Source: Myxococcota bacterium
GTDB taxonomy: Bacteria; Myxococcota_A; UBA9160; JAFDDA01
Assembly (NCBI GenBank): GCA_965228475.1
Contig: OZ245817.1
Coordinates: forward strand, 1,120,001 to 1,184,000
Direction of reading: 5' to 3'
Length of the DNA: 64,000 nt
In this document: piece after piece, positions 9,668-18,508 of the stretch
How the letters are laid out: each line of letters starts with the position of its first letter
Position numbering within the stretch: the stretch's first letter is position 1
Notes under the pieces: model-generated
The model's input: only the letters and a program-made list of their open reading frames with translations
What the model was told of the DNA's origin: nothing
Database searches by the model: none
Position numbers and translations under genes: made by a program

Positions 9668-9939
9668 GCGCTCTCACCCCATCAGGGTTTTGTAAGCAAG
9701 AGCGCCCGGGCTGCAACCCCAGAACCGGGAGGAAGTGTCGCCGGCATGACTGGCATCGCGGGGGCGCGAGGAAGTGCGCGTGGCTTCGGGCCAGCGCCAA
9801 GCCTCTGAAAATCAATAGAAAACCGTGTGCCTGCTGGGGCTGAGGGCAAGAGCCCTTGCAGTTATCCCCCTTGCTCTGCTGCCAGACGGGGACGCGCCCA
9901 GGGCTGCTTATAGGATCGGCAGCCATCCCGTTCGGGCCG

Positions 9940-11514
9940 TCAGCCCCTCTCGCCTTGGGAGGGTGGATGTGTGCCATCCGGGCCGGGCGTTGGGGGGAAC
10001 GGCAACTTCCTGACGCGATGGCCCCGCTTGACCTTCTCCCAGTAGCCACGGGAAGGGGTTGGAATGCTCATGGCCTTGCAGCGCTTGCGCAGGCCGTTGT
10101 CGGAGATCCCGAATCGGGTGGCGAGAGCGGTCATTGGCTCAGACCAGACGAGCTCATAGAGCTCCTCCCGAGATAGCCACAGATCCCTCTCGCCGTCTCG
10201 TACTCGGGTATGTGTTGGCATCGGCCTGTGGCGCGGAGCCAGGCGCGCCCTCGCCATGGCCTTCACCTTGGCGGGAATACCCCGCCGGTCTACGAGCGCG
10301 GTGAGCAGGGGCCGGTCGATCCCGGCCCGCCGTGTCCATCCGCCATACCGGGCCGCCAGCTTCTCATGGGCGATGAGGTCCATGAAGGACTCGGGATCCA
10401 TGTTCTCAGGCTGGCGAAGGAGGCGAAAGAGACGCTGCGCGTCCCACTCGTCCAAGTCGAGCAGGAGGCGCCGCAGGCTTCTCTTCTCGTGCCGCTCCAA
10501 GACGCCGAGACGCCCGCCCAGGGCGAAGACCCCCTCCACCTCGGTCAGGCTCGCTATCCGGATCTTGAGACGCACCGAGAACGCAAGCCGATCGATGAAT
10601 CGGGCCGTGATGCGGGCCCATTCGGCAGGCGGGCGGATGGACACCAGCGCCCGTAGCGCTTGAAGGTCGCGGGCACAGCCGTACAAGGCCTCGATATCGT
10701 CCCGGTCGGGGTCGAAGCGGAACTTGGAGAGGTAGTCCGGCCGGTTCTGCAATACGGCTCGCTCCAGGGCCGTCATACCCTCCGCGTCCTCTTCCGGGTC
10801 CTCACTGATCTCGCCCACTCGGCGCCGCGGGTCGGCACCAGCCCACAGGCACAAGCTCACCGCCTTGTCGCTCTCCTCCCGTACCGCAGCGCCGAGACCC
10901 ACGTCGAGAGCGCGCTGGATAGGAGGATCGCTCTCGCGGTGGTTCTTGGCGTAGCCGTAGAGCGGGCGGTTTCGGGTGGCCGTTGCCAGTACGGCCGCCA
11001 TCGCATCCCCGGCCGTCAGGTCGACCCCGGCGTCCCGGAAGCGCTCGAAGACGGCGCGCTCGTAGGTGGCGAAGATCTTATCCAGTTCGGCGCTGGCCGG
11101 ATCTACACCCCACTCGAGCAGGAGATCGACTAGGTCCCACCGCCGGGAATCGAGCGCGTCGTCCAGGGGTACGTACGGTTCGACGTCCACCCGGTAGCCG
11201 TTGCAGAGTAGAAGCCGGGCCAGGTCGAAGTTGCCGGCGGCCAGCGCCTCTCTCAGCGGGGTGGTTGGGCGACCCCGGCGAGGACGCCTAGCCGGATCAA
11301 GCTGGAGCGGCTTGTGGCTCGCGATCCAGGACTCGACCTCGTAGAGACGTCCCGTCCTGCATAGCAGGACGAGTTCTGCGACTTCGCTCTCAACACAGGC
11401 TAAGGGACGGTCGGGACCCTTATAGGGCGGCCGGGGATCCGTGCGCGGATCAACCCACTTGGCGCTCGGCCAGTTCTCCGACGCGTCAAGCACGGCATCG
11501 GTTCGGATTCTCAT
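9940..11514 (-). CDS. Hypothetical protein with ankyrin-like repeats and C-terminal HTH-like domain
   Basis: TPLREALAAGNFDLARLLLCNG, PLDDAL...DLVDLLLEWGVDP, CLWAGADP, TALERAV; C-terminal SREELYELVWSEPMTALATRFGISDNGLRKRC. Confidence 0.65.
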   Translation of the reverse strand: MRIRTDAVLDASENWPSAKWVDPRTDPRPPYKGPDRPLACVESEVAELVLLCRTGRLYEVESWIASHKPLQLDPARRPRRGRPTTPLREALAAGNFDLARLLLCNGYRVDVEPYVPLDDALDSRRWDLVDLLLEWGVDPASAELDKIFATYERAVFERFRDAGVDLTAGDAMAAVLATATRNRPLYGYAKNHRESDPPIQRALDVGLGAAVREESDKAVSLCLWAGADPRRRVGEISEDPEEDAEGMTALERAVLQNRPDYLSKFRFDPDRDDIEALYGCARDLQALRALVSIRPPAEWARITARFIDRLAFSVRLKIRIASLTEVEGVFALGGRLGVLERHEKRSLRRLLLDLDEWDAQRLFRLLRQPENMDPESFMDLIAHEKLAARYGGWTRRAGIDRPLLTALVDRRGIPAKVKAMARARLAPRHRPMPTHTRVRDGERDLWLSREELYELVWSEPMTALATRFGISDNGLRKRCKAMSIPTPSRGYWEKVKRGHRVRKLPFPPTPGPDGTHPPSQGERG

Positions 11515-11522
11515 AAGGCTAT

Positions 11523-13550
11523 TCAGAAGAGGTTGGAGATCTCGGACACGATCTCCCCAACCTCCTCGTCGGTCAGACCCGACTCGCGATACACAAACCC
11601 GCCGCCCAGATGCTTGCAGAACTGAGAAGGGGTCGTCTTCTTAAACTCGCCAAAGACCATGCGGGTTCCGGCTAAGCTCACACAACACATGGCCCGTGCT
11701 CGGGTCACCGAGACGTAGAGAAGGCGAGCAGCCTCCCGCACCAACCCTGGATAGGGCTTGCGCTTCTCACCGGGAAGGATCGACTCCTCCAGACCCGGGA
11801 TGAAAACGACTTGTGCATTGAGCCCCTTGGCCCCATGCATCGTCATGACTTGGATCCGAGGGGGCAGCAGATGTTCCTCCGGCTGGGGCTCGGCCAGTCG
11901 TTCGTAGACCTTCTCGAGCACCCGGTTCTGCTGTGCTGAATTGTCCGCCCAAAGGAAGTCGCGCAGCTCGGCGAGATTCATCCGTTCGGGTAAATCCTTG
12001 GCGTACTCCTCCCACGCGTCAGCCCCGGCGGCGTTCCGCACCTCTGCGATCTGGGCCTTGATGTCTGCAGACCGCTGCGCCAGTTCGTCCGCGGGGTCCC
12101 AACCGTCAGCGAGTTGGCAGACCTGTTGGAGCTGGGACACTGCGGTTTTCATGCGGCCCGTCAGGACTCCCTCTGGAGCATCCTGATAGAAGAGATCTCG
12201 GAAGTTTAGATTGTTTGCCAAGACGGCGTCCGTGATCTTCTTGCATGTCCCGATACCCACACCTCGTTTAACTCCAAGAAGCACGCGGTGAGCCACGTAG
12301 TCATCGTGGTTGCACGCGATTCGGACAAGCGAGTGAATCGCGCGACCTACATCGGAGTCGATGAATCCCGAAGCCTTGGGCGGTTCGAACTCCAGCTTGG
12401 CGTCAGCGAGCGCGTCCGTGATGATCTTCTCCAGCTGTCGACGGTTGCTGAGAAGAATCATGATCTCCCGGGGATCCATGCCCGCGTCAACCAGCTTTCG
12501 GCAGGACGCGGCGATCTCCTGGGCCTCGGCTACGCCACTCTTGAACCGCCACCGATTCATCGTGCCATTCACGACGGGATCGGCCTCGGCGTACAAGGAC
12601 GCGAGTTCCTTCGGAATTCGCTCCTCAGGGGCGTAGGCTATGACGAGGGGAAGCGCTGCTTCGAGGATGTTCGGAGCACAGCGAAAACAGTCCTCCAATG
12701 CGTGCTCTGCGCAATCGGAATGCTTCTCGGGGAACTGCTGGATGCCCTCCGGTGATGCGAAACGGAAGGAATAGATGCTCTGGTCATCATCTCCCGTGAC
12801 GAAGGTGGTTACGCCGGCGGATACAAGCCTGTCGACGAGATCCAGGTCCATCGCGTTCAGATCCTGGAACTCATCCACGATCAGATGGCTTGTGCCCGCA
12901 AGCGCGAAAAGATCGATTGTCCCGGCTTTCGCTTCCTCCACGCAGCGACGGACAATCTCGCCCGGTAGAACACACGAGTAGCCTGCCGATCGCCCGTTGT
13001 GGAAGCTCTCGAACTGCTGACGCTCCGCGGCTGTGACCGCGGGATCAGGTGGGATGTAGTTTGGAGGACCCCAGTGACCTGTGCTCCAGAACGCCTCGTG
13101 ATGAGAACGGATCTCTCCGCATCTGGTCTTGTTCTTGCCGATATGCTCGCCGAACTCGGCATCGTAGATGTGCTCCACCTCCCAGACGTCCAATACGAGA
13201 GGCTCCGCCGGGTACTGGGCCAACAGGTCCGCCTTCCGAAGAATGCTGAGCGCAAGAGCATGAAGAGTCGAGACGCGTACGTCGTGGACAGGTGCGTGCT
13301 CGCATCCTTTCTTGGAGCAATAGTCCTGGATCCGCAGTGCGAGATCGCGGGCGGCCGCCTTGGTGAACGAGACAGCGATGATGGAGTCTGATCCGACTCC
13401 CGACTGCAGGAGGTGGTGAACGCGCTCGCCGATCGCGTGGGACTTCCCCGTCCCAGGGCCGGCCACCAGGCGGACACGCGGGGCACCGTCGTGTGCGGCG
13501 CCGTCCTGAACGGCCTTGGCCTTCTCGAGTTGCTCGGGGGTGATGGGCAG
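11523..13550 (-). CDS. UvrD/PcrA-like SF1 helicase
   Basis: AGPGTGKS, VDEFQD, GDDDQSIYSFR, MTMHGAKGL, LYVSVTRAR; start uncertain (CTG at 13550 follows a GAGG RBS; ORF track extends to 13628). Confidence 0.88.
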   Translation of the reverse strand: MPITPEQLEKAKAVQDGAAHDGAPRVRLVAGPGTGKSHAIGERVHHLLQSGVGSDSIIAVSFTKAAARDLALRIQDYCSKKGCEHAPVHDVRVSTLHALALSILRKADLLAQYPAEPLVLDVWEVEHIYDAEFGEHIGKNKTRCGEIRSHHEAFWSTGHWGPPNYIPPDPAVTAAERQQFESFHNGRSAGYSCVLPGEIVRRCVEEAKAGTIDLFALAGTSHLIVDEFQDLNAMDLDLVDRLVSAGVTTFVTGDDDQSIYSFRFASPEGIQQFPEKHSDCAEHALEDCFRCAPNILEAALPLVIAYAPEERIPKELASLYAEADPVVNGTMNRWRFKSGVAEAQEIAASCRKLVDAGMDPREIMILLSNRRQLEKIITDALADAKLEFEPPKASGFIDSDVGRAIHSLVRIACNHDDYVAHRVLLGVKRGVGIGTCKKITDAVLANNLNFRDLFYQDAPEGVLTGRMKTAVSQLQQVCQLADGWDPADELAQRSADIKAQIAEVRNAAGADAWEEYAKDLPERMNLAELRDFLWADNSAQQNRVLEKVYERLAEPQPEEHLLPPRIQVMTMHGAKGLNAQVVFIPGLEESILPGEKRKPYPGLVREAARLLYVSVTRARAMCCVSLAGTRMVFGEFKKTTPSQFCKHLGGGFVYRESGLTDEEVGEIVSEISNLF

Positions 13551-13767
13551 GCGTAGACCTCGTCCGTCTCCACTCGCACCAAAAGGGTAGCCGCAACTCT
13601 TGGCATTCAAAGGGGCCGGCCGCAGCACTGCGGTGCAGTCACGCGATCTGCCGGCGGACGCCTTTCCTCCGAAGCGGGTGCTCGAGTCGGACGGCTAGGG
13701 CGCTGACCGCATGCTGGGAGCGTGCTCTAGCGGCGACACTGGCCGCCCCTGCGTGTCGTCGAGCCGA

Positions 13768-14408
13768 TCGGCCGGGCTCCGCCGCGGGCCTTCGGACACA
13801 GGCCCGCGCCCTAGCTCCGCGGACGCCGCTCGTTCACGGCCCTTGCCTCGACCCTTGCTCCGCTTCCGCCCTCCGGCCCGGCCCGTCGCGGCCGGCTCTC
13901 CAGCGATCGGTGAGAGAGCCGGCCCACAGCGGGCCCAAGAGGACACGGAGGGTCTCATGGCAAGCGTCGATCGCGAGAGCATCCACTTCATCCGCGAGGT
14001 CGCCGTCCGGTACATCGGCCGCTCGGCCCGCATCGAGCCCGCCATCCGGCGGCCCACGGAGGTCGTCGACTTCATGCGCCGCGTGGTGCGGGACGACGCG
14101 CGCGAGCACTTCGTGGCGCTCTACCTCGACGGCCGCCACCGGCCGATCGCGCACCAGGTGGTCTCCGTGGGGACCGCCTCGTCCTCGCTCGTGCACCCGC
14201 GCGAGGTCTTCCAGCCCGCCATCCTCGTGGGGGCCTGCGCCGCGATCGTCGGCCACAACCACCCCTCCGGTGATCCCTCCCCGAGCCCCGAGGACCGCGA
14301 GGTGACCCGCCGCCTGGCCCAGGCGGGAGCGCTCCTCGGCGTGCCGCTCCTCGACAGCGTAGTCTGGGCGCGCGGCGGCATGCTTGTGTCCCTTCGAGAG
14401 CTCGAGCC
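13768..14408 (+). repeat. Direct repeat copy 2 (190-bp leader + radC)
   Basis: Aligns without gaps to 5666-6306. Confidence 0.92.
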
Positions 14409-14424
14409 ATCACTACTCGCATAA
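13957..14424 (+). CDS. radC: RadC-family JAB domain protein (copy 2)
   Basis: Almost identical protein to 5855-6337; HNHPSGD motif. Confidence 0.92.
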   Translation: MASVDRESIHFIREVAVRYIGRSARIEPAIRRPTEVVDFMRRVVRDDAREHFVALYLDGRHRPIAHQVVSVGTASSSLVHPREVFQPAILVGACAAIVGHNHPSGDPSPSPEDREVTRRLAQAGALLGVPLLDSVVWARGGMLVSLRELEPSLLA

Positions 14425-14580
14425 GTCTCGACGGTCAGGCTCCGCTGCCGTCGAGAGCTCCCGCGACCATCGAGCTAGGAGTTGCTCAAGGCGCGCCGAG
14501 GATGTGAGAATCGACTCTAGTGCGACCTCAGTCGTCGGCCTACCCGCGAGCCCTTCGAGCGTTAGCCAGGAGATCAAAGC

Positions 14581-15741
14581 GTGCCGCCCCCTCCCCAGCC
14601 GCGTTCGGGTCGAATTCTGCGGATCAAGGATCGGCCTCTTGAATTCTCCTTCTGGCCCATGGAACGAACCACGCGTCGGTACGGACTCGGCACCAGGGTG
14701 TTCGCCTCGGACCCTTGGACTGTGATTCGACGGAGCATTGATCGGCGCGCTTCTGCCGCCACGCAGGATGCTGCTTTCGCATTGATGGAACAAGCCGAGG
14801 ACTTCTTTAGGGCGGCAGAATCGGGTGTCAAAGCGGCCAACCCATTGCTCCTCTACTACTGCTTCATGAACCTCGCCAAGGCATACATCCTCGCTACTCA
14901 GCAGCGTTCAGCGGTCGACTACGCGGCTCATGGGCTGAGCGAGAAGCTGGATCCTCCCGGCACGGAACTCTCCAACGCGTGGTTGGAAGCTAGGAGATCG
15001 GTAGCGCCTGGCCCGCTCCCAGCCGCCAGGATTCAGCTATTCGACGAATTCCAGGCAGCATTGACGGGGGCTCAGATTCCCACTCCAACCTTCCGGTATG
15101 ACCTCCCGACTCTGATCTCTCAGGTCGTGCCGGGTCACCGGCTCTGGGTGGCAGCTGAGGGCTCCAAGCGGAAGGAGCGGTTCGTCTCGCTGGACCGCAT
15201 CGAGTTCCGACAGGACACTGCGGCCAAGGAGATTTGGCTCTGCCTCTATCTGTTTGCTGACGACCTGAAGCGCATCAATCACGGTCATCAAGAACTCATC
15301 AACCATTCGCGGCTTGGCGGACTCGTTCATGAGGTTGCATGCAACGAGAAGAAGGACGACCGGTCGCTGATCTGCCTGGAACAGGACGCCGCCATCGCGT
15401 ATGGCCATCGGCCGGCCGATCAAGTGCAGACTTTGGTCAACTCCCTCAAGCACAAACTCTGGCGCACCGTGCTGATCGCACCTCCCTACAGGAAGTACTA
15501 CCTCTATCCAGCCCCACCTGTGGAACACCCGCAGGTAGTGCCTCAGATCATCTCCATCTATGCAGTAACCTTCTACCTGGGCTCCATCGTGCGCTACCGC
15601 CCCCACCATTTCGATCGTATTCTTGATGGTCCGTACGGCGCGTTCATAGAGGCATTCCTGAACGATCAACCGTCGCAGTTTGTGTACCTCATGGCGTCAG
15701 AGTTCGCGGAAAAGGAAGTGACGAAGGCCGCGATCGTCTGA
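14581..15741 (+). CDS. YaaC-like protein
   Basis: QAEDFFRAA...PLLLYYCFMNLAKA...HGL...FYLGSIVRYRP pattern recalled for the YaaC family; low GC. Confidence 0.7.
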   Translation: MPPPPQPRSGRILRIKDRPLEFSFWPMERTTRRYGLGTRVFASDPWTVIRRSIDRRASAATQDAAFALMEQAEDFFRAAESGVKAANPLLLYYCFMNLAKAYILATQQRSAVDYAAHGLSEKLDPPGTELSNAWLEARRSVAPGPLPAARIQLFDEFQAALTGAQIPTPTFRYDLPTLISQVVPGHRLWVAAEGSKRKERFVSLDRIEFRQDTAAKEIWLCLYLFADDLKRINHGHQELINHSRLGGLVHEVACNEKKDDRSLICLEQDAAIAYGHRPADQVQTLVNSLKHKLWRTVLIAPPYRKYYLYPAPPVEHPQVVPQIISIYAVTFYLGSIVRYRPHHFDRILDGPYGAFIEAFLNDQPSQFVYLMASEFAEKEVTKAAIV

Positions 15742-15994
15742 TCGGTGGCTGCCTCTACGTCTGCTTCACGCGTGCGCGTGCCGTGATTCTCACGCGGTCA
15801 GACGACGGCTTCCGTCGTGCGGGCACGCAGAGCGCGTCATCTGGTCGCCAGAGGACGGTTCGCTTGCTCTACTACGCCACCGGCAACGTTTCCGTCACCA
15901 TGGTCGGGATCATCGGACCAGGGCCACACCTCCCCTAAGCCTTCGGCTGCCCTCCCTGCAAGCCCCCTTGCGGTGGCTCCGCGTCGTCCTTCGC

Positions 15995-16115
15995 CACAGC
16001 CGCGCGCCCTCCGCTGCGCTCCGGTCACGGGCCTTGTCTTTGCCTTGCGCTGCGCCTCACCGCGCGGGCGCTGCCCGCCTCGACCGGCTCTCCATGCCCG
16101 GTGAGAGAGCCGGCT
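15995..16115 (+). repeat. Diverged third copy of the radC leader, upstream of ardC
   Basis: Shares CGCGCCCT, TCACGG-CCTTG--TT--CCTTGC and the hairpin CCGGCTCTC-N11-GAGAGAGCCGG. Confidence 0.7.
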
Positions 16116-16150
16116 CTCGGACGGGCCGGAGCAGCAAGGAGGGCAGCGAG

Positions 16151-17026
16151 ATGAAGGCATACGAAGTCGTCGTGGATCGGATCCTGGGGCTCCTCGAGTC
16201 CGGGACCATCCCCTGGCAGCGTCCCTGGGACCCGGCGGTCGGGCTTCCGAGGAACATCCGCGGGACGGCCTACCGCGGCATCAACCTCCTGGTCCTCGGG
16301 TGCCAGGGCTACGAGTCGCCGCTGTGGCTGACGGTGCGCCAGGCGAACGAGCTCGGCGGCCACATCCGGCGCGGCGAGCGAGGTACTCCCGTGATCTTCT
16401 GGAAGTGGATCCAGTCCGCCGCCGAGAGCGACTCGGAGCAGCCGCAGCGTCAGCAGGCTCCCCTGGTCCGCTACTATCGCGTCTGGAACCTGCTCCAGAC
16501 CGACGGTGTGGAGGTGGCCTCCGCCGCGACGGCCGCTGCCCCGGAACTGGTCGAGGACAACGCCGACAGCGTCGTGACCCGCATGCCGGCTCCGCCGTCC
16601 ATCCGCCACGACGGCGGCGCGCGGGCCTTCTACCGACCCTCGACGGACTCGGTCCATCTGCCGCCTCCTGAGGCCTTCCACGAGCGCGACGGCTACCTGG
16701 CCACGCTCTTCCACGAGCTCGTCCACTCGACGGGCCACGCCTCCAGGCTGGCCCGCCCCGCGGTGACCGATGGGACGCTCTTCGGCGACCACGCCTACAG
16801 CGAGGAGGAGCTCGTCGCCGAGACCGGCGCCGCCTTCCTCTGCGCCCACGTGGGGATCTCCAACCGCACCATCGACAACGCCGCGGCCTACATCGCGTCG
16901 TGGCTCCGGGTGCTGCAGGACGACCGCCGGATGGTGCTCCGCGCTTCGCAGCGAGCGCAGCGGGCCGTGGACTACATCCTCGGCCAGGACATCGGGCCGG
17001 AGCCCCAAGAGGAGCCTCGGGAGTGA
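16151..17026 (+). CDS. ardC: Antirestriction protein ArdC (ssDNA-binding domain + zincin-like domain)
   Basis: IPWQRPW, YRGIN, WLT..QA..LGG.IR.GE, HELVHSTGH, YSEEELVAE, AAYIASWL. Confidence 0.93.
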   Translation: MKAYEVVVDRILGLLESGTIPWQRPWDPAVGLPRNIRGTAYRGINLLVLGCQGYESPLWLTVRQANELGGHIRRGERGTPVIFWKWIQSAAESDSEQPQRQQAPLVRYYRVWNLLQTDGVEVASAATAAAPELVEDNADSVVTRMPAPPSIRHDGGARAFYRPSTDSVHLPPPEAFHERDGYLATLFHELVHSTGHASRLARPAVTDGTLFGDHAYSEEELVAETGAAFLCAHVGISNRTIDNAAAYIASWLRVLQDDRRMVLRASQRAQRAVDYILGQDIGPEPQEEPRE

Positions 17027-17151
17027 CCGCGCGGCCTCATCCCTTAGCCGCTTCGTCGCGGCACCCTCGCTTCCACCTGGGGGCGGTGGGGTATAGTCCC
17101 GGTGTTCCGGTGGCGGAGGGACCTCCGCTACCGCGACCCCGGGGCGGGCCC

Positions 17152-17565
17152 ATGATCGTCGCCGAGTTCCTCTTCATCGCCTGCATCGTCGGTGTTCTCA
17201 CGAAGACCTGGCTGGCCTTCCTCGGGACGTTCGTCGGCCTCTACGCCCTCTATCGCTTCACCCGCCTCTCCGGTGTGCTGGCGCTCGCCCTGAGTCTCTA
17301 CTGGGGGCTCCTCGGCTATCACCTGGGCGCCTCGACCGGCGAGGTCGGCGTCGGCCCTCTGCTGGCCGTCGTGGGCTTCTTCGTCGGCGCGTGGGCCCAT
17401 CGCGACGGATTCGCGAGCCGTATGCCGGCGCCGGACCTGCACGACGCGGCTTCGCTCGAGGACGGCGCTGTCGTCGCCCACGGAGCATCTCAGCCCTCCG
17501 CGCGGGAATTCCCCAGCGCGTCGGATGGTGAGATCATCGACGTCGACTACCGCGTCGTCTCCTAG
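17152..17565 (+). CDS. Small membrane protein, unknown function
   Basis: Several hydrophobic segments followed by an acidic tail ending IIDVDYRVVS; TATAGT -10-like hexamer upstream. Confidence 0.6.
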   Translation: MIVAEFLFIACIVGVLTKTWLAFLGTFVGLYALYRFTRLSGVLALALSLYWGLLGYHLGASTGEVGVGPLLAVVGFFVGAWAHRDGFASRMPAPDLHDAASLEDGAVVAHGASQPSAREFPSASDGEIIDVDYRVVS

Positions 17566-17814
17566 CTTCCTCGACGCGCCGACGGCACGCTGCACTGCAC
17601 ATCCGCCGCATCCAGGTTGGGCCCCGCCCGGCTGCTCCAGCGGAGCGTGCACGGTCAACCGTTCGCACCCACCTGGACAGCGCGCCTGCGCCTGCTCGGC
17701 ACCTGTCCGGTCGCACGGATTCAGATCCAACGGCATCTGCTTGGAACGTGTCCGGAAGCGGGACTGCACGCGGAAGTTCAGATCAGATCGCGAAAGCAGA
17801 GGACCCCTTCGGGG

Positions 17815-17920
17815 ACAAAGCTACGGCAAGATAAGAGTGGGCCAACATTGTCGGAAGTCGCTGTTATGCATCGCGATTTCTTGGGCGATCCATCTTCGCG
17901 TGGGCCACTGTGGCCCAGCG
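17815..17920 (-). promoter_or_regulatory. Candidate oriT / nic site
   Basis: Minus strand CTCTTATCTTG^CCGTAG resembles the MOB-P nic consensus YATCCTG^Y; palindrome TGGGCCAC-T-GTGGCCCA at 17901-17917; non-coding gap between convergent ardC and tra blocks. Confidence 0.5.
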
Positions 17921-18043
17921 AACATTCTCTCGAGCCGAACTCGTGCTCGGAACGCATCCGCGTTGAAAGACGGCGTGGCGCGCGCGCAGTGGCGTGAACG
18001 AAACGCAGACTTCTGCTGCGGAGGGGCTGTACTGGGGAACGTT

Positions 18044-18508
18044 CTACGGACGCCGCTTCGTAGAGCCGAGCCGCCGATCGACAGCTCGTCGCCAGGCTTC
18101 GTACCGGCGGTTCACGCACGCGGATCGCGCCTCCGACTCATCATCGGAGAGGTCTGGTAGGTAGAGCATCAGGCTCACATACTGCCGATCGACCATGGCC
18201 TCGATCCGTTCGAGTCGGTCGCCCAGCGCGCGGATCTCGGCAAGCTGACGACTCAGCCCGCCGGCCATGCGCTCTTCCAGCTCACGGAGTAGCCGGTGGG
18301 CGAGAAGCCCGGATTGTGACTCGCCTCGTGCGCCTCTTTCGACCGGACGACTGAGTTCTTCGCGGATCGCATAGAGTTCCTCGAGCATGTCCCGAACGCA
18401 GTCGGAGACGCTGCATCGCTGCACGGCCGCTTCCCGGAGGATCCGCTCGTAGAGTTCCAATCGAACGTAGGCGCGCACGCTCTGGGAACGCCGGGTTGCC
18501 TCGCTCAT
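18044..18508 (-). CDS. Ribbon-helix-helix/CopG-like accessory protein
   Basis: SVRAYVRLELYERILREAA...SVSDCVRDML; position directly after traG as in Tn4371-type elements. Confidence 0.7.
   Translation of the reverse strand: MSEATRRSQSVRAYVRLELYERILREAAVQRCSVSDCVRDMLEELYAIREELSRPVERGARGESQSGLLAHRLLRELEERMAGGLSRQLAEIRALGDRLERIEAMVDRQYVSLMLYLPDLSDDESEARSACVNRRYEAWRRAVDRRLGSTKRRP

Noticed and set aside
11523..13550. Gabija (GajB) call for the UvrD helicase
   Set aside because: No GajA-like ATPase/TOPRIM gene is adjacent.
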